Origin: a virus
Taxonomy: Duplodnaviria > Heunggongvirae > Uroviricota > Caudoviricetes
Strand: one strand, 5' to 3'
IMG/VR virus record: IMGVR_UViG_2718217715_000004
Length of the DNA: 21,792 nucleotides
Part shown: positions 9,464-17,924 of the stretch, in pieces
How positions within the stretch are numbered: position 1 is the first letter of the stretch
Layout of the letters: each line of letters begins with the position of its first letter
Translations under genes and position numbers: made by a program
The notes under the pieces: generated by a model
What the model was told of the DNA's origin: nothing
The model's input: the letters and a program-made list of their open reading frames with translations, nothing else
Databases searched by the model: none

Positions 9464-9990
9464 ATTGTGGGGCGACTGGCCACTCAACATCCGCTGCTAC
9501 TGTTGTATCAACACGATTCAACAATACCCGATATGTCTTCCATGCAGCCAGTAACGATGCCTCTTCCTCCGTCGCAATATCCAAATCTACGGCATCCTGA
9601 AGTGGCGCAATATGCTCACTGGCTACCTGCATCAGGCTGTTTTTTGTTTCTTCTGCCTCCCGTACCCGAAACAGTTTTTCTGCTTCTGCATCTTTCGCCC
9701 AGGATGTGCCGTTCCACTTCTGACACTCTCCATCCGGCGACAACCAGGTAACATTTTCCGGTAACGGACCGAGTTCAGAAATAAATAACGCGTCGCCGGA
9801 AGCCACGTCATAAACCGTTTTACCCCGATGATCTTCAACGAGATGCCACGATGCCTCATTACTGTTGAAAACAGCCACGAAGCCAGCCGGAATATCTGGC
9901 GGTGCAATATCGGTACTGTTTGCTGGCAGACCTGTATGAGGCGGAATGTATGCGTCACCTTCACCAATAAATTCATTAGTTCCGGCCAGC
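9462..9990 (-). pseudogene. tfa: Tail fibre assembly protein (lambdoid Tfa/TfaQ-like), 5' end removed by the IS insertion
   Basis: Minus-strand frame is open from the IS boundary: ...[61 protein letters not shown]...[12 protein letters not shown]...EWPVAPQ, matching remembered Tfa proteins; about 17 N-terminal codons are missing (ORF track shows only 9462-9878). Confidence 0.8.
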
Positions 9991-10044
9991 TGAACCGCCC
10001 CGGGAATCCTGGAGACTAAACTCCCTGAGAAAGAGGTAAACAGG

Positions 10045-10371
10045 ATGACTAAAAATACTCGTTTTTCCCCCGAAGTCCGTCAGCGGGCGATTCGTATGGT
10101 TCTGGAAAGTCAGGATGAATATGACTCACAGTGGGCGGCAATTTGTTCCATTGCCCCAAAGATTGGCTGTACGCCGGAGACTCTGCGTGTCTGGGTTCGC
10201 CAGCATGAGCGGGATACCGGGGGCGGTGATGGTGGGCTCACCAGCGCTGAACGTCAGCGTCTGAAAGAGCTGGAACGTGAAAATCGTGAACTGCGCCGCA
10301 GTAACGATATCCTTCGCCAGGCTTCCGCTTATTTTGCGAAGGCGGAGTTCGACCGCCTCTGGAAAAAATGA
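10045..10371 (+). CDS. IS3-family transposase OrfA
   Basis: 108 aa [27 protein letters not shown]...; 3 substitutions relative to copy A. Confidence 0.9.
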   Translation: MTKNTRFSPEVRQRAIRMVLESQDEYDSQWAAICSIAPKIGCTPETLRVWVRQHERDTGGGDGGLTSAERQRLKELERENRELRRSNDILRQASAYFAKAEFDRLWKK

Positions 10372-11258
10372 TGCCACTGCTGGATAAGCTGCGTGAGCAG
10401 TACGGGGTCGGACCGGTATGCAGCGAACTGCATATTGCCCCGTCAACGTATTACCATTGTCAGCAACAGCGACATCATCCGGATAAACGCAGTGCCCGTG
10501 CGCAGCACGACGACTGGCTGAAGAGAGAGATACAGCGCGTATACGATGAAAATCATCAGGTGTACGGTGTGCGTAAAGTCTGGCGTCAGTTGTTACGGGA
10601 AGGAATCAGGGTGGCCAGATGTACAGTGGCACGTCTCATGGCGGTTATGGGACTTGCCGGTGTTCTCCGGGGTAAAAAGGTCCGTACGACCATCAGCCGG
10701 AAAGCCGTTGCCGCAGGCGACCGCGTAAACCGTCAGTTCGTGGCAGAACGACCTGACCAGCTGTGGGTGGCTGATTTTACTTACGTCAGCACATGGCAGG
10801 GCTTCGTCTATGTGGCGTTTATCATTGATGTGTTTGCCGGATACATCGTGGGGTGGCGGGTCTCATCGTCTATGGAAACGACATTCGTGCTGGATGCGCT
10901 GGAGCAGGCGTTGTGGGCCCGTCGTCCGTCTGGCACCATCCATCACAGCGATAAAGGCTCTCAGTATGTGTCACTGGCCTATACGGAGCGACTAAAAGAA
11001 GCCGGATTACTGGCATCAACAGGGAGTACAGGCGACTCGTATGACAACGCGATGGCTGAGAGCATCAATGGTCTTTACAAAGCGGAGGTAATACACCGTA
11101 AGAGCTGGAAAAACCGTGCAGAAGTGGAACTGGCCACACTAACGTGGGTGGACTGGTATAACAATCGACGATTGCTGGGAAGGCTGGGCCATACTCCTCC
11201 GGCAGAAGCAGAAAAAGCTTATTATGCTTCCATCGGAAACGATGATCTGGCAGCCTGA
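10368..11258 (+). CDS. IS3-family transposase OrfB (DDE), -1 frame relative to orfA
   Basis: 296 aa; overlaps orfA at the GGAAAAAATGATG window. Confidence 0.9.
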   Translation: MMPLLDKLREQYGVGPVCSELHIAPSTYYHCQQQRHHPDKRSARAQHDDWLKREIQRVYDENHQVYGVRKVWRQLLREGIRVARCTVARLMAVMGLAGVLRGKKVRTTISRKAVAAGDRVNRQFVAERPDQLWVADFTYVSTWQGFVYVAFIIDVFAGYIVGWRVSSSMETTFVLDALEQALWARRPSGTIHHSDKGSQYVSLAYTERLKEAGLLASTGSTGDSYDNAMAESINGLYKAEVIHRKSWKNRAEVELATLTWVDWYNNRRLLGRLGHTPPAEAEKAYYASIGNDDLAA

Positions 11259-11340
11259 GTTCACAGATAAAACACTCTCCAGGAAACCCGGGGCGGTTCA
11301 TGTTGGTATGTATTTTATTAGTTCACATACAATTATCAGA

Positions 11341-11655
11341 TTATTCTGGGAATAAGGTCTGAATATTCTTTTTTATTTTATAAAAATTGCATTCAACTCC
11401 GCTAGGCTGATTAGCCTGGTATGTTTCCTTGATGCTAACGGTATTGAAGGGGAGGTTGTCCTCTGGCCATTCGGCCATCCAGTAGGCAAATGCTGGGTTG
11501 CGCTTTATGAGTGCTAGCCCAGCCAGAAAGGCCGCGCGTTGCGCGCGGCTGCGTTCGGAGGCTGGCAGGCTATCGAGGTAATTGCACGCCTCCTGTTCAC
11601 TCTTGACGGCGGCGGGCTTCAGATAGAAACTTATCCGTCTGGTTGGTGTCGTCAT
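11341..11655 (-). CDS. parR: ParR/StbB-like centromere-binding adaptor of a type II partition system
   Basis: 104 aa; RRISFYLKPAAVKSEQEACNYLDSLPASERSRAQRAAFLAGLALIKRNP aligns closely with remembered plasmid R1 StbB/ParR (RRTIAFKLNPDVNQTDKIVCDTLDSIPQGERSRLNRAALTAGLALYRQNP); lies directly downstream of parM. Confidence 0.75.
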   Translation of the reverse strand: MTTPTRRISFYLKPAAVKSEQEACNYLDSLPASERSRAQRAAFLAGLALIKRNPAFAYWMAEWPEDNLPFNTVSIKETYQANQPSGVECNFYKIKKNIQTLFPE

Positions 11656-11659
11656 TGGT

Positions 11660-12619
11660 TTACTCCTTGTTCATTGCGTACAACCCATTAACCAGAGCAA
11701 ACTGTGGCACCCCGTCCGCGATGAAAGTCGCATTAACTCCGCAGGCTTCGCGGATAGCGGTTGCCACAATCTCCGCCCCGCCACCGACAACCATCACCCG
11801 CCCGTAACCCGAAAAAACCGCCAGCGCGCGGATCACGCGTTGTTTCAGTGTTTCTTCCTTTTCACGAATAACCGCCATCAGGCTGGCGTAATGCGCGTCA
11901 TTGTGGATGTGCTGGCGCAGCCAGGCTTCATCATGGCGATGTTCGATAATGGTATTGGCGATGTGGTGACTGGTGCGCATACCGTTAGTGGCCATCACCG
12001 ACAGTACGGCATCGGCCATCAGAGAAACGCCTACGTGTGGATCGCAAAACACCTGGCTGATACCTGCCAGTTGCCCCTGAACCTTTGCCACATCCAGCGT
12101 GGTTCCGCCCAAATCCACAATCAGCAGGGATTCAAACGGACTCATGTCAGCCAGTGCCTTAAAGCCAGCAGGAATGGATTCAGGCATAACCCGTACGTTA
12201 CGGATAGTGAATGCTTCGCCGTTCTGGTACTCCACCGGGCGCATGACGTTCGCTTTTTTGCGGTTGATGTTGGCCATGTCCGGCTGTGCGTTTGTATCGA
12301 AATACTCGCTCAGTGGCAGGGTGACAACCACATCCACTTCCTGTGGTGTGATGCCTGATTTGACCAGCGCGTGATGAATGGCAATTACATTCACATCGCT
12401 GTACTGGTATTGCGTGTCGGTCGTCTGGACAAAGCGATCGCTGACCGGATCAAAACCATAGCGCACGCCATCAAGCATGTAGTTCGCGGGCTGCGTGCCA
12501 CCGAATGGCGCAGACCATTCCGACTTGAAGCTGTTCGGGCTGATGGCGTTGCGGCGTTCGCCGTTCTCAGTCCATGCCAGCTTGATGTTGGTGGAGCCGT
12601 CGTCGATACAAATTTTCAT
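11660..12619 (-). CDS. parM: ParM/StbA-like actin-fold partition ATPase
   Basis: 319 aa; IDDGSTNIKL.W, ISPNSFK.EW, QYSDVNV.A.HHAL, FTI..V.VMPESIPAG, LLIVDLGGTTLD, VVGGGAE, LVNGLY conserved with remembered R1 ParM; SD AAGGAAAA. Confidence 0.85.
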   Translation of the reverse strand: MKICIDDGSTNIKLAWTENGERRNAISPNSFKSEWSAPFGGTQPANYMLDGVRYGFDPVSDRFVQTTDTQYQYSDVNVIAIHHALVKSGITPQEVDVVVTLPLSEYFDTNAQPDMANINRKKANVMRPVEYQNGEAFTIRNVRVMPESIPAGFKALADMSPFESLLIVDLGGTTLDVAKVQGQLAGISQVFCDPHVGVSLMADAVLSVMATNGMRTSHHIANTIIEHRHDEAWLRQHIHNDAHYASLMAVIREKEETLKQRVIRALAVFSGYGRVMVVGGGAEIVATAIREACGVNATFIADGVPQFALVNGLYAMNKE

Positions 12620-12637
12620 GTCGCTTTTCCTTATGTT

Positions 12638-12762
12638 GATTAATTAATCGGTTACAGGATTTTTAAATCCCGCTTTTGCCTGTTTTGTGCGCGCTTCATA
12701 TATCGCGGCGCGTTTTTTGCTCATTTACGGGATTTGTGAGTCCCGTTTCTGTCTGTTTTTTG
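12638..12762. repeat. Candidate parC-like region: 12-bp perfect palindrome GATTAATTAATC plus two ~33-bp imperfect direct repeats upstream of parM
   Basis: Palindrome at 12638-12649; repeats GGATTTTTAAATCCCGCTTTTGCCTGTTTTGTG (12657-12689) and GGGATTTGTGAGTCCCGTTTCTGTCTGTTTTTTG (12729-12762); the second repeat lies inside the 3' end of gene A, so function is speculative. Confidence 0.3.
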
Positions 12763-15518
12763 TTTCCACTGGTCAGGCCACCCCGCAGCAGGTCTGCTTT
12801 GCGGCTGGCGCGTTCAGTGGTTTCACTGATTCTCTGTGCGTGCTCTGCGTCGCGGATGGCGCGCAGCATGTCAGAAAGCACGGTAACGGGTGTTTTCATG
12901 GTGTTCTGGTCCTGCTGAAGTGTGGATGCCAGGCGTGCGGCGGCTTCAGGGTCTGATGCCCCCAGCTGTGCCAGATAGCTGGCGACCGGGTTATGGCGGA
13001 TCTCCGTGCTGCTTACGCCATGATTACGGCTCAGGCGCTGCCAGAGCTGCGTGATTCGGCTGTCCGGGCGGGTATCCGGTTTGCGTACAATTTCAAATCC
13101 CTGCGGTGCAATGATGCTGCCGTCAACGTACAGACTGCCGCCCCGTAACAGGTGCTGCATCTGTTGTTCACCGATATGCAGGCCGAGAGATTCAGCAGAC
13201 TCCCGCCATTCTTTAGCGAGTAATTCGTGGTTATCAGGCAAAGGCCGCTGCTGTTTGCGGCTCTGTGTCCAGCTCTGCATTTCATCACTGCTGTTTTTTG
13301 CCTGTTTGTCACGAAGCGAACGCATCAGCGCCCGGCGTTCGTGCCGTTTCAGTGAGCGCATCCATTCGTTCACGTCAACGCCGTCAGGAAGCTGCGGCCA
13401 CGGTGCTGGCCGTTCTTCCGGCTGTTCTGTCCCGTTGTTGTCCGTTTCCTGTACACGGGGACAGTTATTGCCACGAGTCCAAGGGGCGGCAGGGCCGCCC
13501 TGAAGGTCAAAACCATTTTCGCGGGCGCTGTCTTCTACTCCCGGTTTACGTCTTACCAGCTTCCAGTTATCCGGGTGCGTGCACACACGGGAGGATTCCC
13601 CGATGAGTGGTGACCAGATCCCGTAAATCTGTACGCTCTGTTCGCCGTAATCGTTCAGCTCATCTGCGAGGTCGTAGGCGGTGCGAATCAGGTAGTCCTT
13701 GCGTGGAACAAGTACGCCTCCCTGTTTCTCAATGTAGGTGGTAAAACATCCGGCATCAGCGGCAGCAAGAACCGCATCCATTGCGTCATCCTTCAGCCGT
13801 TGCGGGCCTTCCGGGTTGCGTGCCATCTGGCTGGCAAGGCGACGCAGTTCACGCCACACCTGACGGGAGGGGATGCCAAAGAACTGGAACTGGCGGACCC
13901 GGTGAAGGCGCGCCCAGCCAATGGCGCGTTCCACGCTCTCGGTCATTGATTTTCCGGTTTCGTGGTCAACGCGTGGTTTGCCTGTTTTCGGGTCGATGCC
14001 ATCCACGGCGCGGCTGTCCAGGTTTTTTCCGATGTAGGTGGCGATGTAGCTGGTTGGCGTGCCTTTTGAGCCGTCGACATACTCCGCCTTAAAGCGCGGA
14101 GTAATATCATCGCCCAGCTCGTGACGATCTTCCTGAATGGCAATATCGCGGGTGTGGGACACAATGGTGTCGATTTCTTCCGGATGAGCAAAGACCATCA
14201 TATGCCAGTGCACGGTGCCGTCATGGTGAGGCTCCACCGTGCGGATGCCATACCAGCGCAGGCCGTCGCGGTTCAGTTTCTTGCGGACCGCCGCAAAAAA
14301 CGTGTTAACCAGGTAATCGCTGGAGTCGCGCATGGTGGCCCCGTTCCATTTGGGATTCGGATGACCGTTCTCTGTTGTAGCGTGGTATTTTGACGGGCAG
14401 GTGACAGTCAGAAACACCGCTTTGTCGCCACGGGCTTCGGCCAGAAGTTCCAGCCCCTTCATGGTGGCCATCATTTCTGCCTTACGGTGAACCGGGTTAC
14501 TTACTCCCGCGTAATACACTGTCTCGAGATCAATCGTGAACCCGTCTTCGTTTTCCAGCATGAAACTTTTCAGGAAATCGCGTGTTTTCTCGCGCTGTGC
14601 GCGAAACTCGCTTAACGCGTCCTGGCTCAGATAGGGCGATGTTTTTCTGGAAACCAGACAGGCGGCGCGGAGTTGTTCTTCTCTCCACTCGCAACGTAAC
14701 AGCCACAGTTTGCGTTTCCACCATTCCGCACAGGTCAGGCGAAGGATTGCGCCCGGCAGCAGCTCCGTGTCCGGTTCGTTCCTCCGGTCTTTGTCTGTTG
14801 TCAGTGCGTCATAATGTGGAGGCATGGCGTGCAGGTGTAACGCCATGCGGGCCAGCATCTGATACGCCTTCAGCGTTACATCCATGGTCAGTTCGCCATC
14901 GGTCGCGCCAAAGCCATCGCAGAGTTTTTCGAAGGTGCTGCTGAACATCGCCGCCGTCATGGTGGCCAGCGTCTGTATCTGGTGTTTGTTGAGCTGCGGC
15001 AGGTAAAGCAAATCGTCCTGGCGTTCGCGTCCGGCAAGGGAGCGATAACCCTGTGTCAGCCAGCGGTGATCGGTGCGCTCCAGACGTTCGAATATTTTGC
15101 GCAGGTTTCCGCGCGCGTAGCGTTCAGCCTGCCAGCTCTTTTTGCCTTTCTGACGATCGGCTTCCTGTTTTTTGCGCAGGAAGGAGAGGTGGCGAATAAG
15201 CGGATCGCGCAGATAGGACGGCAGCAGGCGCAGCGAGGCCATGGCTTCATCCACCGCACCGCGTGCCTGTTTTCTGGCGTCTCCTGCCAGTGTGATGGTT
15301 TTGTCCTGTTTTTCCTGTGCGTCCAGGCTTTTATTAATCAGGTTGCCCAGCGGCGTTGCGGAGAACGCCGCATCAGCCATTTCCTGGCGGCGCTCGTTCT
15401 CTACCCGGTAGGCATCCAGCCAGGAGGAAAGCGCGGATTCAGGAGCGGGGATCCCCGTTCCTTCACGCCCCACTGCGTGGCGCGGTTGTTGCCAGTCCCT
15501 GATGTACTCTGCCGTCAT
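12696..15518 (-). CDS. A: P2-type replication initiation endonuclease gpA (rolling-circle, HUH class)
   Basis: 940 aa; HUH-type motif TVHWHMMVFAH and paired tyrosines SYIATYIGK, typical of the phage GPA family; longer than P2 A as remembered. Confidence 0.75.
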   Translation of the reverse strand: MTAEYIRDWQQPRHAVGREGTGIPAPESALSSWLDAYRVENERRQEMADAAFSATPLGNLINKSLDAQEKQDKTITLAGDARKQARGAVDEAMASLRLLPSYLRDPLIRHLSFLRKKQEADRQKGKKSWQAERYARGNLRKIFERLERTDHRWLTQGYRSLAGRERQDDLLYLPQLNKHQIQTLATMTAAMFSSTFEKLCDGFGATDGELTMDVTLKAYQMLARMALHLHAMPPHYDALTTDKDRRNEPDTELLPGAILRLTCAEWWKRKLWLLRCEWREEQLRAACLVSRKTSPYLSQDALSEFRAQREKTRDFLKSFMLENEDGFTIDLETVYYAGVSNPVHRKAEMMATMKGLELLAEARGDKAVFLTVTCPSKYHATTENGHPNPKWNGATMRDSSDYLVNTFFAAVRKKLNRDGLRWYGIRTVEPHHDGTVHWHMMVFAHPEEIDTIVSHTRDIAIQEDRHELGDDITPRFKAEYVDGSKGTPTSYIATYIGKNLDSRAVDGIDPKTGKPRVDHETGKSMTESVERAIGWARLHRVRQFQFFGIPSRQVWRELRRLASQMARNPEGPQRLKDDAMDAVLAAADAGCFTTYIEKQGGVLVPRKDYLIRTAYDLADELNDYGEQSVQIYGIWSPLIGESSRVCTHPDNWKLVRRKPGVEDSARENGFDLQGGPAAPWTRGNNCPRVQETDNNGTEQPEERPAPWPQLPDGVDVNEWMRSLKRHERRALMRSLRDKQAKNSSDEMQSWTQSRKQQRPLPDNHELLAKEWRESAESLGLHIGEQQMQHLLRGGSLYVDGSIIAPQGFEIVRKPDTRPDSRITQLWQRLSRNHGVSSTEIRHNPVASYLAQLGASDPEAAARLASTLQQDQNTMKTPVTVLSDMLRAIRDAEHAQRISETTERASRKADLLRGGLTSGNKKQTETGLTNPVNEQKTRRDI

Positions 15519-15524
15519 AGTGAT

Positions 15525-15890
15525 TTACTTCGTCATGCCATTCAGGGTGTCGCGGCAGGCTGTAGCCAGCCGCTGAATTTCCAGCACGGTGTCTTCTGTG
15601 TCGGCATGGCGATGTGTGATGCGGATGCTGTCGGCAATCACATCGACGATTGCAGAGGATGGGCGCTGGTAAATGCCAATAACGGACGGGGTGCCACCTT
15701 CAATGCGGTAAAGCCTGTAATTTCCCTCGTGGCTGTCAATCATGTAGCGACCATCAATAACAATCTTTCCGTCAGCGAGCTGCGGTACAGGCAGGGATTT
15801 CAGGTACATGTCATAACGATCACGCACGCGAGCGGCAAGATCACGTTCTGTGTTGAGCAGGTATTCAAGAAAGTCGTTGGCGAGAATCAT
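15525..15890 (-). CDS. Hypothetical early-operon protein (121 aa) immediately upstream of A
   Basis: ORF with SD AGAGGA; no recognisable motifs. Confidence 0.5.
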   Translation of the reverse strand: MILANDFLEYLLNTERDLAARVRDRYDMYLKSLPVPQLADGKIVIDGRYMIDSHEGNYRLYRIEGGTPSVIGIYQRPSSAIVDVIADSIRITHRHADTEDTVLEIQRLATACRDTLNGMTK

Positions 15891-15962
15891 TGCGGCAATC
15901 CTCTTGTTACAGATGTGCGAAGGCCTCCCGCCGCAAGGTGCAGGAAAGGCCCGGAACAGGAA

Positions 15963-16193
15963 TTAATGGAGTTTGTTTTGCTGCTGGATGAGCTGTTGAA
16001 ACTCGTGCAGATCATCCGCCAGATAGCTGAAAACAGAGGCGGAATAAATGTTTGATAGTGCGTGGCTGCGCTCATGCAGCATATTGATGTGCATGATTTG
16101 CGCGACGCGTGATGCGCGGGAAAGTCTGCGGTTGATTTCAGTCTGGATGTGACGACGCTCCGCGATAGCGCGGTGCTGTTTGCGGTCTGCCAT
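15963..16193 (-). CDS. Hypothetical small basic protein (76 aa)
   Basis: ORF with SD AGAGG; preceded by a structured intergenic region. Confidence 0.45.
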   Translation of the reverse strand: MADRKQHRAIAERRHIQTEINRRLSRASRVAQIMHINMLHERSHALSNIYSASVFSYLADDLHEFQQLIQQQNKLH

Positions 16194-16372
16194 GGTGTGG
16201 CCTCTTTGCTCGGTGATAGAAATAACTCACCATCCAGAGTTGAGAATCTCGGGGTGGCGAGACGTACAGGGTTCTCAACACCGGAGAGCAAAGAATCCGG
16301 CCCGACCGAAGTCGGCCCCGTACGCCCCGCCATAATTCTGACGCGAAAAAGACGTGGCAATACAGTACGCAC

Positions 16373-16393
16373 AAAAAAACCGCTAGCGCGGTT
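16373..16393 (-). terminator. Rho-independent terminator on the minus strand
   Basis: Read on the minus strand: stem AACCGC / GCGGTT, loop GCTA, followed by T-run (GCGGTTTTTTT). Confidence 0.5.
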
Positions 16394-16464
16394 ATGCGCT
16401 TTGCTCTGTATCGGGTTGAGAATCCCGGCACCCGTTTTATGAGGTGCAGCGGAAATGTAACCTG

Positions 16465-16494
16465 ACCGATTGCGGCATGGCAAGCGGTTTTTTT
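16465..16494 (+). terminator. Possible plus-strand intrinsic terminator (convergent with the minus-strand one)
   Basis: Imperfect stem ACCGATTGC / GCAAGCGGT followed by T7 on the plus strand. Confidence 0.3.
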
Positions 16495-16515
16495 GTGTGT
16501 GCATGTTCTGGTTTC

Positions 16516-16815
16516 TTACTGGTTCAGAAAAAAATCAAAAACGTTATCGATGCGTTGCAGCAGCTCTTGCTGCATTGCTTCCGGCGTTTCCGGTTCGCCA
16601 GGTGCCCCCAGCGTTGCGCAGAAATCAGCGATTTCATGATGGAGCGTGAGGCGAATGGCAGGAGCCGTGGTTCTGGCGTGCTCCAGCTGATCCAGCAGTG
16701 CCAGCACAGCAGACGGCGAGAGCATTGCGCGAAATGCCAGTAATTTTTGAGGCGTTGCCATTCGTTGCAGGGCAAATGCCAGTTCGCGTAGCTTCTGGTG
16801 GTTGATGGTGCTCAT
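16516..16815 (-). CDS. Hypothetical protein (99 aa)
   Basis: Start overlaps the stop of the upstream gene by 4 nt (ATGA), indicating translational coupling. Confidence 0.5.
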   Translation of the reverse strand: MSTINHQKLRELAFALQRMATPQKLLAFRAMLSPSAVLALLDQLEHARTTAPAIRLTLHHEIADFCATLGAPGEPETPEAMQQELLQRIDNVFDFFLNQ

Positions 16816-17078
16816 GCTCTGGCTTCCTTCAGTAGCTGGTTAAACATGTGAGTAAGTGGATTGCTACACCCGAACGGCATCGGGTTTACGTGGTAAGAAG
16901 CCTGGCCTCCTGTTTTGCGAGCGCGACCACCTGTGCTGCGGTTTGTTCTGATGACTAAGCCGCCGCGCCAAAGTCGGCGTAACTCAGCATTAATGGCTGT
17001 GGTTGGGGTATTCAGTGCTGCGGCGATCTCTCCGCCGCTACACCCCGGATGAGTAGCGATGTAGTCCAGAATGGTCAT
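16812..17078 (-). CDS. Small winged-helix-type DNA-binding protein (88 aa)
   Basis: GGEIAAALNTPTTAINAELRRLWRGGLVIRT pattern typical of winged HTH; 4-nt overlaps with both neighbours. Confidence 0.5.
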   Translation of the reverse strand: MTILDYIATHPGCSGGEIAAALNTPTTAINAELRRLWRGGLVIRTNRSTGGRARKTGGQASYHVNPMPFGCSNPLTHMFNQLLKEARA

Positions 17079-17278
17079 CTGCGTGGCTCCTGTACCTGTC
17101 GGATAAGATTTACTCGCGCCACGTTGGTGGCGCAGAAGTAAGTGCCGTCAGTGAGGTAGATGTGGTGTGCATCCTTTTCCGAACGATGTTTGTCGATAGT
17201 GGTAATCAGGCGTTCGTCGACCTCGTATTCGCGCCCTCTGGAGGTAAAGCGAACGACGGGAAAATGCTTAATTGCCAT
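17075..17278 (-). CDS. Hypothetical protein (67 aa)
   Basis: Strong SD AAGGGGG; first gene of a three-gene coupled set. Confidence 0.5.
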   Translation of the reverse strand: MAIKHFPVVRFTSRGREYEVDERLITTIDKHRSEKDAHHIYLTDGTYFCATNVARVNLIRQVQEPRR

Positions 17279-17301
17279 TGCGCCCCCTTTGTCCAGTAAC
17301 C

Positions 17302-17718
17302 CTATGCGTTAAATACGGCACGTTGCGCGTCATCAATGAATACAGCTTGAGAGCGTTCTATCAGGCGGAGATTTGTCAGAAGCTCTGACTCTTTTGTGTG
17401 GTAAGGCGTTATCAGGTATTTGCCGTGCAGTTCGGCAATAATGGTGTATTGCAGCATCATTGCTGAACCAAGAATATAAATGCAGCGTCCAATGCTGGAC
17501 GGATTCATGGCTGCAACTGTTGACTGTGTTTTAAGAGTGTCGATTTCTTTGCTCTGTTCCTCAATAACTTTGGCTGCTTCAGGGGTGGCTATTGCGATGG
17601 TCAGTGCGTAAAGCGCTGCCATATGTTGATTATCTTTCTGGGCTGCCCTGGACAGCTTGTCTTGCTCTGCTGACACTATTTTTAATGTATTGATAATATT
17701 TTTTTCTTTTGCGTTCAT
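17302..17718 (-). CDS. Hypothetical protein (138 aa), AT-rich
   Basis: ORF with SD GGAG; no recognisable motifs. Confidence 0.5.
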   Translation of the reverse strand: MNAKEKNIINTLKIVSAEQDKLSRAAQKDNQHMAALYALTIAIATPEAAKVIEEQSKEIDTLKTQSTVAAMNPSSIGRCIYILGSAMMLQYTIIAELHGKYLITPYHTKESELLTNLRLIERSQAVFIDDAQRAVFNA

Positions 17719-17810
17719 TTTATATCTCCGTTATTTACGTGTGCGAATACCTCCGCGAATGCGGATAGTTTTCAGGTTTTCGGGTTTAATCTGGTGTTCT
17801 GTTTAAGCTG

Positions 17811-17924
17811 TTATTTGTCAGTGAAAAAGCGTTCAATCTTTTTTACTGAATGAATAATTCGCATAATCCCAATGGCGCAGGCCACCGAAATAATCAGAAC
17901 AAGCCATGAGATAAATATACTCAT
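17811..17924 (-). CDS. Unlisted small ORF: 37-aa single-pass membrane peptide MSIFISWLVLIISVACAIGIMRIIHSVKKIERFFTDK
   Basis: Translated by hand; ATG overlaps the TGA stop of the upstream 80-aa gene (ATGA); SD GGGGAA 6 nt upstream; hydrophobic helix then basic tail. Below the 60-aa cutoff of the ORF track. Confidence 0.4.
   Translation of the reverse strand: MSIFISWLVLIISVACAIGIMRIIHSVKKIERFFTDK

Larger units (their letters stand above)
9991..11300 (+). mobile_element. IS3-family insertion sequence, IS629/IS1203-like, 1310 bp, copy B (inverted relative to copy A)
   Basis: Inverted repeats TGAACCGCCCCGGG at 9991 and complement ending at 11300; same length as copy A but about 3% amino-acid divergence (e.g. 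orfB R/H, S/A, C/Y, K/G). Confidence 0.9.

Noticed and set aside
1730-11303. Target-site duplications at the IS ends
   Set aside because: The flanking triplets (tat/gct for copy A, agc/tgt for copy B) are not direct repeats. The two inner flanks are reverse complements over 3 bp (gct vs agc), but this breaks at the 4th base and has a 1-in-64 chance expectation, so it is not used as evidence.
11660-12619. ParM-like ATPase as a stand-alone defence ATPase
   Set aside because: The downstream gene is a clear ParR/StbB homologue in canonical operon order, so a partition function is the simpler reading; a repurposed role is kept only as a hypothesis under the parMR finding.
12696-13450. About 180 extra C-terminal residues of gpA relative to P2 A as a separate fused domain
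   Set aside because: Cannot be verified without an alignment; P2 A length is from memory and the extension has no recognisable motif.
14982-16055. 357-aa plus-strand ORF
   Set aside because: Lies antisense to the well-supported replication gene A and the adjacent early gene; has no SD and reads as low-complexity; treated as a shadow ORF.
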